From the NCBI GenBank assembly GCA_017644325.1, contig JAEPLS010000003.1:73974-137973 (forward strand): 64,000 nt of DNA, given 5' to 3'. The DNA comes from Prochlorococcus marinus CUG1438. GTDB taxonomy: Bacteria; Cyanobacteriota; Cyanobacteriia; PCC-6307; Cyanobiaceae. The notes below the pieces were generated by a model. The model was given only the letters and a program-made list of their open reading frames with translations, was not told the DNA's origin and did no database searches. A program made the position numbers and the translations under genes. Positions 36,979-46,102 of the stretch are shown one piece after another (the stretch's first letter is position 1; each line of letters begins with the position of its first letter).

Positions 36979-38553
36979 TTAAAAAAAAGGGGTCATTTTC
37001 ATAAATGTTTCATTCAGGTTAAAACTTAGAGTAATAATTCTATGGTTTGCTGAAGGCGCTCCAACATTTTTCACCCCAAATCCAGGGTTAACTCCAATAG
37101 CGGGATATGCTGCTCCAGATATAGATAAACGAAGCTTGGTACCTTTAATTAAACAAATATTTGTTGGCTGCATCTCGATCCTATAAATGCATTCCTCATT
37201 AACTTTAGAGTCTTTAACTCTTAAGAATCCAGTTGAAAATTGATTTACCTTTTCATCACCTTCTTCAACTAGAGATAAAGCAAGGCAGATATCAAAATTT
37301 GGCTGATCACTTTTTACAAGAATTTCTAATGTGGGGACTCCTCTAAAAAATTGATCTTCTTCAAAATAATTCGTTTGAAAAACACCTACATCCAAGCGCT
37401 TATCAATAATATTTCGATTAAACTTTCCTGGATTTGGACCTAAATGACCACCGTCAGACGGAGTAGGTCTCCATGGGTCATTAACTATCGTAAACCAACC
37501 TGTTCCTTTTGAATTTATGGTAAGACTTCCATCTTCAACATCTACATTTGCAGTTCCATCGCTTTTTAGCCCAAAAATATATTCAGGATAAAATTTATTA
37601 TCTAATGCTTCCCAATCATTTAATGAAATATTCCATATTTTTTTTTCGCCTTTTGAATTCTTAGAATTAAATTTTTCATCTGATTTTAAATGTTTATCAA
37701 AAAATTTTAATAAAGATTCTTGTGATCCTTCCCACCAATTTAGGTGGCTAGCATCCCCAATTATTATCTCTGGACTGCCTCCAGCTTCTTTAGATTTTTT
37801 GTAAAGATCTAATGCACCTTTTAAATGTGGATCCCAAAGCCCTCCAATAATTAACATGGGTTTTTGAATCCACGATGAGATTGGTTTGAATTCTTCAAAA
37901 GAGTATTCATTATTTAAATTATTAAGCCATTCCAAAACAAAATTATTAGGGTCATATCTTTTTAAAATATTAATTCCTTCTCTTAGATAACTTTTATCTT
38001 CTAAAGCTAATCTTATCTTTTCCCATGCGAGTAAATTTTTTTCTCTTTTCATTTTTAGTGCTGCAATTTGCATACCCCATGCGATATTGTTGTGCCACCA
38101 ATATGCCCCACCATCTGAGCACCAATGATTTTTAATATTTAACCCTGTCATTGCTGGAGATAAACAATTGGGAGGATTTGAATTTAATACGCCGGTTAGT
38201 TGAGTAAATCCTTGATATGAAAATCCATATAAACCAAGCATTCCATTGCATTCTTGAAGAGATCTTACCCATTCGTGTGTTTCTGAAGTGTCACTTGCTT
38301 CTTGTGTGAACCCATTGAAAACTCCTTCAGAAGATCCTGTACCTCTGACATCTTGAATAATTACCATATACCCTTTTGAAGCCCACCACATTGGATGAGA
38401 ATAGGTAATCGTTGAGGCTATTTCTTTACCGTAGGGTTGTCTCATTAATAATGCAGGCCATGGCCCATCTCCATTAGGCAACCAAATCCTTGATGTAAGT
38501 TTGACTCCATCTCTAAGAACTAGAGACTTGTCAAACCATCTTGAATTGAACAT
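36979..38553 (-). CDS. CocE/NonD-family (S15 X-Pro dipeptidyl-peptidase-like) alpha/beta hydrolase
   Basis: …RDGVKLTSRIWLP…LLMRQPYGK… is followed by the nucleophile elbow GFSYQG and a C-terminal jelly-roll domain. Confidence 0.8.
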   Translation of the reverse strand: MFNSRWFDKSLVLRDGVKLTSRIWLPNGDGPWPALLMRQPYGKEIASTITYSHPMWWASKGYMVIIQDVRGTGSSEGVFNGFTQEASDTSETHEWVRSLQECNGMLGLYGFSYQGFTQLTGVLNSNPPNCLSPAMTGLNIKNHWCSDGGAYWWHNNIAWGMQIAALKMKREKNLLAWEKIRLALEDKSYLREGINILKRYDPNNFVLEWLNNLNNEYSFEEFKPISSWIQKPMLIIGGLWDPHLKGALDLYKKSKEAGGSPEIIIGDASHLNWWEGSQESLLKFFDKHLKSDEKFNSKNSKGEKKIWNISLNDWEALDNKFYPEYIFGLKSDGTANVDVEDGSLTINSKGTGWFTIVNDPWRPTPSDGGHLGPNPGKFNRNIIDKRLDVGVFQTNYFEEDQFFRGVPTLEILVKSDQPNFDICLALSLVEEGDEKVNQFSTGFLRVKDSKVNEECIYRIEMQPTNICLIKGTKLRLSISGAAYPAIGVNPGFGVKNVGAPSANHRIITLSFNLNETFMKMTPFF

Positions 38554-38559
38554 CTAATT

Positions 38560-38826
38560 TTAGATAATATCTGGACAGTGCAGTCCAATAACGTAAATAG
38601 AAAAAATCTCAGCATTAACAGGAGTTAACTTATTTTTTTTTGATACGTACTCTATGGCTTTATCTGAATTAGCGGAAATACCTTTTGAATTAAATTCTCT
38701 AAACTTATTACATATATTTAAAGCTGCATCTGGATTCTTTTTTACATTTTCTAGCAAATTTGATTGACCGAAAACCTGGGATGGTGAGCTGAAAAATAAG
38801 AATATAAAAAATAAAAAATATTTCAT
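38560..38826 (-). CDS. Small secreted hypothetical protein, 88 aa, with an N-terminal signal peptide
   Basis: The hydrophobic leader is MKYFLFFIFLFFSSPSQVFG|QS. I recognise no family. Confidence 0.5.
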   Translation of the reverse strand: MKYFLFFIFLFFSSPSQVFGQSNLLENVKKNPDAALNICNKFREFNSKGISANSDKAIEYVSKKNKLTPVNAEIFSIYVIGLHCPDII

Positions 38827-38890
38827 TATTTAGGAACTTTTTTAAATTCTACATTAAAAAAATTTTTTAACCAAGGGTTCAAATGGATTT

Positions 38891-39286
38891 TTAGATTTGA
38901 TTTGCTCTTTCAATCCATTTTTTTAAAAGGGCAAAGGTTATTTTAGTCTCAGTTTTAACTTTAAGACTTCTTTCTAATCTTCCTATTTTGCGTTCTAGTT
39001 CGTAAGGTGTAGATATTGATAATGATTTAATAGATCCAATACCGCAATGTAAAAGTAAGTAAGCTTCTGGTGGGGAAATTGCTATTTCTTTTTTAAAAAT
39101 GGCAATAGCTCTTATTTTTTTTAAATTATTTAAGGTACATAACGGAGATTTACTTTGAATCTCATTTATATCTAATTCCGAAAGATTACTTATTCTCTCG
39201 AAGTCAATTAGGTTATTTTTAATAAAAAAAGATTTCTCATGTCTATAGTTAGCTGGTAAAAAATCTAAAAAGCTTTTTTTTTTCAT
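38891..39286 (-). CDS. Hypothetical protein, possibly DUF4332-like (helix-hairpin-helix-type repeats)
   Basis: The 131-aa ORF fills the gap. Segments such as ISNLSELDINEIQ… and …HCGIGSIKSLSISTPYELERKIG resemble DUF4332. This is a low-confidence recollection. Confidence 0.45.
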   Translation of the reverse strand: MKKKSFLDFLPANYRHEKSFFIKNNLIDFERISNLSELDINEIQSKSPLCTLNNLKKIRAIAIFKKEIAISPPEAYLLLHCGIGSIKSLSISTPYELERKIGRLERSLKVKTETKITFALLKKWIERANQI

Positions 39287-39297
39287 TTTTTAAAAGA

Positions 39298-39741
39298 CTA
39301 ATTCATTCTGACACTTTTCTTAATTTCTCCTACTACGACTGGTTTACTTATCCCATCTGAAATTTTTTCAAGTTTTCTTATCTTTATTTTCACGTTCGCA
39401 CCAGATCTGCTACCTTTTCTTAGGTTTTCTGATAATTGTTTTAAAGTTGGTTCAATAGACTCTTCAGGAAAGTTTTCCTCAGCTTTAGCAATAATCAAAT
39501 CGAATCCATTGTCATAAACAATTGGAAGATATTTTGCACCTTCTATTATTACTTTTTCACTATAACTTTGTATAAATGCCCAACTACTTAAAGAAAGTAA
39601 TAATGAGAAGATAGTTGCTCCTATTATTCTAAATTTAAAACCAAAATTAAATATAAAAGCAATTGCAGTGACTATTGAAAGTAATATTCCCATTATTCCA
39701 AATATTTTCGGAGTGTTCTCAAATAGTTCAAAAAGAGACAT
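39298..39741 (-). CDS. Membrane protein with two N-terminal TM helices, possibly Ycf51/DUF2518-like
   Basis: The 147-aa ORF has TM1/TM2 within residues about 12-57 and a soluble C-domain. The family name is from memory only. Confidence 0.45.
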   Translation of the reverse strand: MSLFELFENTPKIFGIMGILLSIVTAIAFIFNFGFKFRIIGATIFSLLLSLSSWAFIQSYSEKVIIEGAKYLPIVYDNGFDLIIAKAEENFPEESIEPTLKQLSENLRKGSRSGANVKIKIRKLEKISDGISKPVVVGEIKKSVRMN

Positions 39742-39793
39742 TTACTGGCCTTGACCTAATTAATTTCTTATATTTTGTAAGCCTACACTATTT

Positions 39794-42700
39794 TTGGGCT
39801 CTAACTTGAAAAAAATTAGATCTCTAAATTTAAATACAAAAATTATTTTCCTAGGGATGGTTTTGTCCTTAGGATTTCTAGGCACCATTTTATTGAATAA
39901 TTTTTTAAGGGAAATTTATAGTTCTAGGAAATCACAACTTGAAGAAAGTGTTGAGAAGTTTCTAAATAAGAAAGTTGAATTAGGTGATTATTACGGATTG
40001 AGATTTTTAGGAATTTCTCTAGGTAATTCAAGAATTATTGATAAAAAAAATATAAATTCAGAAATTAAAGCAAAAAATTTATATGTTGGGATTATGCCTA
40101 TTAGATCTTTTTTACAACAAAAATGGATATTAAAAATAAGGCCTGAGAAAGCTCAAATTGATGTAGATAGAGATTTTTTTAAATGGGATAAATCTTATAA
40201 AAAAGGTTTGATTTCAAATAAATCAAAGCTTAAATTCGACTTAAATTTTAATTTAAATAAATATTCAGTTTTGAAGCTAAAAAAATTAGGATTCAAAACA
40301 AAAGTTAAAGGAAATATTTTTTATAAGTCCAGTAGTAGAGAGATTATTGCAAATTTAAAATCTAATTTTGATAGGAAAGGTTCCTTGAAATTTAAATTTA
40401 ATACGAAGTTAAATAAAGACTTTTTAAGTTTGGAGTTATTTTCAAAAGGATTAGACCTTGGAGATACTGAATATAATATTGCCAACAGGAAAATTAGTCT
40501 TAAAAAAGGTAATTTTAAATCTAATTTTAAATTTTATAAATCCTCAGAACAAACATTTTGTCAAGGTAGATTCTCTTTTACTAGTTTAAAAATAAAACCT
40601 GAAACTTTATCAGAGAATATAAATTCAGAATCAACTAGTTTTTATTGTAAAGATAAAAAGTTAATAGTAAATTCAAATAACTTAAATTATGGAACTTTAA
40701 TATCAAATTTTGATATAAATGTTCCATTAAACAAAACTTCTAATAATATTGAACTTAAGGGAAGTATTGGTTACATTAATAGTCTTAATCCAGATATTAA
40801 ATTGTTTGGCTATTTGCCATATTGGTTTGATAAAAGAGGAGTTAACTTTGGAAATATAGACTCAAGTTTTAATATAAATAGAACTCAACTATCAAATTTA
40901 AATATTTTTAGAAAAAATAATGTAAGAGGCTTTATTACTGCTAAAGGAGAATTAAAAGGAAAGATTAATGATCCCAATCTTTCTATAAAATTTAATGTTG
41001 ATTATCCGCATTACAAAGGAATTCGTATAAGGGAAACATGGGAAGGAGATATTAAAAACAACAATAATAAATTTCTGTTAAACATGAAAAATAGATATTC
41101 TCCAATCCCTTCATTTCTCTCAATTGTATTTAATTCTGAGCTTAAATTAGATAATGTAGCTTTTAGTAGGGTTTTTAATTCTAATAAAGGGAGTATAAAG
41201 TTAGTTAAAAAGGAAAATGGCTACTCTTGGAGCGCTGATAATTTTCCCATTGATGAACTTGAATTATCTACAGGTGATAATCAATTTGATAGAATTAAGG
41301 GAATCATAAATGGTGCGGGATCATTATCTGCGGATCAGACCTTTATTGATGGAAAACTGGCTTGGAATTCAGGTAAATATAGAAATATAAAGCTAGCTAA
41401 TTCATTATTTGATTTTAGGTTCAAAAATGATTCTTTTTTTGTAAATTCAATTTTGTATCCAATTGATGGAGGGACGATTGAGGTTGAATATAATTCAGAA
41501 AATAATAATTTAATTAATTTAGACTTTAAAAATATAGGAACAAGTTGGTCAATTCTGACTGCTGTTGATATTTTAAATTTTGATAGTAAAAAAGTTATTC
41601 CAACAACAAAATCTAATATCTTGGATGATTTGGAAATAAATAAAGATAATTCTTCCTTCAAAGAGAGGATCGATTTTATTAATAACTTTCTTGAAAAAAA
41701 TAGTGCTCGAGAGGATAAATTCAATTTACAGAAATATTTCAGTAAATTTAACAGCAGATATAACGGGAGAGTAACCATTAAAGGTGATAGACCACCAAAT
41801 TACAAAATAAATGCAAAGTTAAATGGCTATCTAGATGTCTCCAAAGATGATTTCAATAAATACAAAGAGGAATTTTCCATTGATATGGATGGGGGATTAT
41901 TAAAAGGTGAAGGTTCTCTAAAAATTAAAAACCTACCATTAAGTGTTGCAAATATTTTTTTGAATAAACCAAAAGATTTTCAGGGTGGGTTGGATATGAA
42001 TTTATTTTATGATTTAGATAAAAATTATTTCACTAGTGAGATTTCATCCAACAATACATCAGTCAAAAGTAATAAATTAGATTTTAATAAAGGACTAATT
42101 GAATTTAGTAATTCTGTTTTTGATATTGATTTTTCCTTGCTATTAAATAATTCTGAAATCCCAATTAATTTTGAAGGCTCAATACCTATTAATAAATCGG
42201 AGAAATTGGATATGAGATTGATTGGAAATGGAAAATTTATTGATTTAATAGATATTTTTTCTGATGAATATTTTAACTTTAAGGAAGGCAATGTAAATCT
42301 CAGAATGATAATAAAAGGTACTAGAAATAAACCAATATTAAATGGATTTTTAGTAATTAAAGATTCTGAAGTTGATATTTACGAGAATACAATAAAAGAT
42401 ATTAATAGCTTGATAATTTTTGATTTTGATTATTTAGATATCAAAAATCTAAAAGCAAAATCCGGAAATAATGGAAATATTTCAATAAGTGGTTCTTTGC
42501 CTTTTTATAGTAAGAGTGACTACGATATGTCATCTATTAATTTGATAACGAAAAAAATAAATGTAAAGAATGAAAATTTTAATTTCTTAATAGATTCAAA
42601 TATAGATTTAAGTGGATCATTTGAAAATCCTGTTCTGGGAGGTAATCTATCTCTTAATAATGGATTTATTAACTTTAATAGCACTAGTCAAAATAACAAA

Positions 42701-43753
42701 ATAGATAATAATTCTAATAGAAAAGAATTTAAAAAGAATTGGCCTGAACTATTTTGGGACAAGAACAAGAATATTGAAATAATTTCAAATGAATCAATTT
42801 TGAATTCAGTTCTACTAGGAGAGACATTGCCAAATTATTTGGATAATTTGCGTTTTAATAATCTTAAATTGAAGCTTGGACCAGAGTATAAACTTCAATA
42901 TTCCGATATAATTCAAGCTTATTTAGATACTAAATTAGACCTTAATATAAATGGTTCAGTAGGAAAAGATTTAAATGCTAGGGGTCTTATTTATCTTAAA
43001 AAAGGCAGAGCGAATCTTTATACTACACCTTTTAAACTTGATAAAAATAAGGATAATTATATTTTGTTCGCCTCAAGAAGTGGGGTAGTTCCATTTATTA
43101 ATTTCTCTCTAGTTAGTAAAGTTCCAGATTCTATAATTCCTATAAGTGAAAATAATAATAATTCAAATATATCAGGCGATATAGATGCTGATGCAAATGA
43201 AAGTGGTTTTGGAACATTTGGAATTGGCAATACAAGGCTTATAAAAATTGAAGCTTCTTATGAAGGCTTTTTAGATCAATTATCTTTTGAAGACGAAAAT
43301 AAAAGAATCCAATTGAGGAGCACTCCAAGTTATAACAGGTCACAAATAATCGGTTTGATTGGAGGTAATTCTGCGAATTTAATAAATAGGGCATTTATTT
43401 CTCAACTTAATAATGCGGATGCTTTTAGTGAGAAATTTCAATTATCTTTATATCCTGCCTTAATAGAAAATAATGATTCCTATAACAATATTGTTTCTAA
43501 TGAAAATATAGATATTGAAAATAATGGGCAATCATCTTCTAATGAGGAATTTTATTCTCAGGCTTGGGTTGCCGAATTAGGACTTGACATTACTGATTCA
43601 ATAAATTTTTCCTTTCAAGCTGTTCCAGGGAGGGATGATCTTCACCCTATAGGAATTTTAACTTTTCAGGCCAATCCAAACCTGGAATTATTAGGCTCTT
43701 ATGATTCTAATGGAGATTGGAAAAGTCAATTTCAATTATTTTTTAGATATTAA
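39794..43753 (+). CDS. TamB/DUF490-family translocation-and-assembly-module protein (cyanobacterial homologue of plastid TIC236)
   Basis: The 1319-aa ORF has a single N-terminal TM anchor (IIFLGMVLSLGFLGTILL) and a long beta-rich, Asn/Lys/Ile-rich body. The C-terminal DUF490-like region reads …GLIYLKKGRANLYTTPFKLDKNKDNYILF…QIIGLIGG…. The TTG start is uncertain. Confidence 0.8.
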   Translation: MGSNLKKIRSLNLNTKIIFLGMVLSLGFLGTILLNNFLREIYSSRKSQLEESVEKFLNKKVELGDYYGLRFLGISLGNSRIIDKKNINSEIKAKNLYVGIMPIRSFLQQKWILKIRPEKAQIDVDRDFFKWDKSYKKGLISNKSKLKFDLNFNLNKYSVLKLKKLGFKTKVKGNIFYKSSSREIIANLKSNFDRKGSLKFKFNTKLNKDFLSLELFSKGLDLGDTEYNIANRKISLKKGNFKSNFKFYKSSEQTFCQGRFSFTSLKIKPETLSENINSESTSFYCKDKKLIVNSNNLNYGTLISNFDINVPLNKTSNNIELKGSIGYINSLNPDIKLFGYLPYWFDKRGVNFGNIDSSFNINRTQLSNLNIFRKNNVRGFITAKGELKGKINDPNLSIKFNVDYPHYKGIRIRETWEGDIKNNNNKFLLNMKNRYSPIPSFLSIVFNSELKLDNVAFSRVFNSNKGSIKLVKKENGYSWSADNFPIDELELSTGDNQFDRIKGIINGAGSLSADQTFIDGKLAWNSGKYRNIKLANSLFDFRFKNDSFFVNSILYPIDGGTIEVEYNSENNNLINLDFKNIGTSWSILTAVDILNFDSKKVIPTTKSNILDDLEINKDNSSFKERIDFINNFLEKNSAREDKFNLQKYFSKFNSRYNGRVTIKGDRPPNYKINAKLNGYLDVSKDDFNKYKEEFSIDMDGGLLKGEGSLKIKNLPLSVANIFLNKPKDFQGGLDMNLFYDLDKNYFTSEISSNNTSVKSNKLDFNKGLIEFSNSVFDIDFSLLLNNSEIPINFEGSIPINKSEKLDMRLIGNGKFIDLIDIFSDEYFNFKEGNVNLRMIIKGTRNKPILNGFLVIKDSEVDIYENTIKDINSLIIFDFDYLDIKNLKAKSGNNGNISISGSLPFYSKSDYDMSSINLITKKINVKNENFNFLIDSNIDLSGSFENPVLGGNLSLNNGFINFNSTSQNNKIDNNSNRKEFKKNWPELFWDKNKNIEIISNESILNSVLLGETLPNYLDNLRFNNLKLKLGPEYKLQYSDIIQAYLDTKLDLNINGSVGKDLNARGLIYLKKGRANLYTTPFKLDKNKDNYILFASRSGVVPFINFSLVSKVPDSIIPISENNNNSNISGDIDADANESGFGTFGIGNTRLIKIEASYEGFLDQLSFEDENKRIQLRSTPSYNRSQIIGLIGGNSANLINRAFISQLNNADAFSEKFQLSLYPALIENNDSYNNIVSNENIDIENNGQSSSNEEFYSQAWVAELGLDITDSINFSFQAVPGRDDLHPIGILTFQANPNLELLGSYDSNGDWKSQFQLFFRY

Positions 43754-43819
43754 TTATCAAAGAGAGTTATTTAAAGAATCCTTAATTTGAATTATTATTA
43801 AATTAATTAAAAAGTTATT

Positions 43820-45130
43820 ATGGTCGATATTTTTGAAGTTTCTCAACCAGGGAATGAACTTTTAGAAAAAGCTGATCAAGTTCGTTTTGCATCCACAAAA
43901 ATTAGTCAGGCTAAAAATCAAATGAGAATTAAAGCCTTAAATTTTATGGCAGATTATTTAGAAAAAAATACTGGTGAAATTTTAGAGGCTAATAATGAGG
44001 ACTATACCAGCGCAGAAAAGAAAGGTATTTCAAAAGCTTTACTCTCTAGATTAAAATTGTCAAAAGAAAAATTAAATTTAGGTATTGAAGGTGTAAGAAA
44101 AGTTGGAGACTTGCCTGACCCTGTTGATCAAGTCCAAATTAAAAGAGAGCTTTCTAATGGATTGATCCTAGAGAGAAAAACTGTTCCTATAGGAGTTTTA
44201 GGGGTTATCTTTGAATCCAGGCCAGATGCTGTTATGCAGATTAGTTCTTTAGCTATAAGATCAGGAAATGGAGTAATGCTCAAGGGTGGTAGTGAAGCAA
44301 ATTTAACAAATACTGCAATAGTGGAAGCACTAAAACAGGGTTTATACGAATCAGGTCTTGATAAAAATGCAATATGTCTTCTAACTAGTAGAAAAGATAG
44401 TATGGCGATGCTCAATCTTGAGAAACATATTAATTTAATAATTCCAAGAGGAAGTAACGAATTAGTTAAATTTATTCAAGAGAATACAAGAATTCCTGTA
44501 CTAGGACATGCTGATGGAATTTGTCATTTGTATATAGATAATGAGGTTGATTTGGAGATGGCTTTATCAGTCTCTATTGACAGTAAAATTCAATATCCTG
44601 CAGCATGTAATGCTATTGAAACTTTACTATTGCATAAAGAGATTGCACCAGCTTTTCTAAAACAGGCTATACCTTTGTTTAATTCAAATGACGTTAAATT
44701 AATCGGAGATGAAAGATCTGTTGAATTAGGAATACAGCATGCGGCTAGTTTAGAAGATTGGCAAACTGAATATTTAGATTTAATTTTGTCAATTAAAATT
44801 GTGGAAGATCTTGATGAGGCTATCACTCATATTCAAAAATATAGTTCAAAACATACAGATGGAATAATTACTGAAAATTTAAGCAAGGCTGATAAATTCA
44901 TGAATATAGTTGATAGTGCTGGAGTTTTTCATAATTGCTCTACAAGATTTGCAGATGGGTTTAGATATGGTTTCGGGGCTGAAGTTGGGATATCTACTCA
45001 AACTCTTCCACCAAGAGGCCCAGTTGGTCTTGAAGGTTTGGTAACTTATAAATATTTCCTCAAAGGCGATGGGAATATAGTTGATGATTTTTCATCCGGT
45101 AAGGCTACATATACACATAAAGATCTTTAA
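43820..45130 (+). CDS. proA: Gamma-glutamyl phosphate reductase
   Basis: …VPIGVLGVIFESRPDA…LKGGSEA…IPRGS…HNCSTRFADGF… is canonical ProA. Confidence 0.95.
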   Translation: MVDIFEVSQPGNELLEKADQVRFASTKISQAKNQMRIKALNFMADYLEKNTGEILEANNEDYTSAEKKGISKALLSRLKLSKEKLNLGIEGVRKVGDLPDPVDQVQIKRELSNGLILERKTVPIGVLGVIFESRPDAVMQISSLAIRSGNGVMLKGGSEANLTNTAIVEALKQGLYESGLDKNAICLLTSRKDSMAMLNLEKHINLIIPRGSNELVKFIQENTRIPVLGHADGICHLYIDNEVDLEMALSVSIDSKIQYPAACNAIETLLLHKEIAPAFLKQAIPLFNSNDVKLIGDERSVELGIQHAASLEDWQTEYLDLILSIKIVEDLDEAITHIQKYSSKHTDGIITENLSKADKFMNIVDSAGVFHNCSTRFADGFRYGFGAEVGISTQTLPPRGPVGLEGLVTYKYFLKGDGNIVDDFSSGKATYTHKDL

Positions 45131-45140
45131 ACTTTTAAAA

Positions 45141-45503
45141 ATGGAGACTTTTTTAAAAATTGAGAATATCAAACTTTGGGCTAGGGTAGGTGTCCTTGAT
45201 GAAGAAAGAAAATTAGGGCAATTATTTAGTTTGGATATATTTTTATGGACTGATTTCGAAAAGTGTACCGTAAATGATGATTTAAAAAAAACAGTTGACT
45301 ATTCAAAATTAGTTCAAATTTTAAAAGATCAATCAAAGACAATATATTGTTTTACAATCGAAAAATATTCAAATGCAATTTTAGAAATTATTAATCAAGA
45401 ATTTAAGCTATCTAAAATTAAAATTATTTTGACAAAATGTAATCCTCCAATTAAAGGTTTTGATGGGAGGGTGTCAATAGTAAGAGTTCTCGAAAATAAT
45501 TAA
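45141..45503 (+). CDS. folB: Dihydroneopterin aldolase
   Basis: METFLKIENIKLWARVGVLDEERKLGQLFSLDIFL…TVDYSKL is the FolB pattern. I use the ATG at 45141, because the track ORF start at 45081 overlaps the proA 3' end. Confidence 0.85.
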   Translation: METFLKIENIKLWARVGVLDEERKLGQLFSLDIFLWTDFEKCTVNDDLKKTVDYSKLVQILKDQSKTIYCFTIEKYSNAILEIINQEFKLSKIKIILTKCNPPIKGFDGRVSIVRVLENN

Positions 45504-45508
45504 AAGTA

Positions 45509-46102
45509 TTGGAAAAAAGAAATCCTATTTTATTAATTCATGGGCTTTGGAATACTTCAAGTATTTTTTCTTCTGTTACCTCAAAACTTGATGATATTGG
45601 GATTGAATATTTTGCCCCAACTCTTAAGCATTCATATGGTATGACTTCACTTATTGATTTGACAAATATATTAAACGAATTAATTTTAGAGAAATATGGC
45701 TTAGAAAAAGAACTAGATATTTTAGGATTTTCAATGGGAGGGATAATTGGTAGGCATTGGATTCAAAAATTTAATGGTTATAAAAGAACAAGAAGATTTA
45801 TTACTGTAGGTTCGCCTCATAAAGGAACATTAACAGCACAATTAGTACCTAAATATCCTTTTAGAGGAATATCAGAAATGAAAATAAATAGTAATTTTTT
45901 AAGGGAACTGGCAAAGAACGATTTTTTCCTTGATGATATAGAATGCATAACTTTCTTTACTCACTGGGATCTAATGGTTTTCCCTAGCTGGTGGACTAAT
46001 TTAAATTTAGGGAAAAAAATATCATTAAAAGTATATAAGCATAGAAATCTGATAAGAAATAAATCGGCGGTAGAGAAAATAATCGATGAAATTATTATGT
46101 AG
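45509..46102 (+). CDS. Alpha/beta-hydrolase, lipase/esterase-like
   Basis: PILLIHGLWNTSS… is followed by the nucleophile elbow GFSMGG. The protein is 197 aa with a TTG start. Confidence 0.7.
   Translation: MEKRNPILLIHGLWNTSSIFSSVTSKLDDIGIEYFAPTLKHSYGMTSLIDLTNILNELILEKYGLEKELDILGFSMGGIIGRHWIQKFNGYKRTRRFITVGSPHKGTLTAQLVPKYPFRGISEMKINSNFLRELAKNDFFLDDIECITFFTHWDLMVFPSWWTNLNLGKKISLKVYKHRNLIRNKSAVEKIIDEIIM

Noticed and set aside
45081-45140. Extended N-terminus of folB (track ORF starts at 45081)
   Set aside because: The extra 20 codons overlap the proA 3' end and translate to MMIFHPVRLHIHIKIFKLLK, which is unlike FolB. The ATG at 45141 gives the canonical N-terminus.
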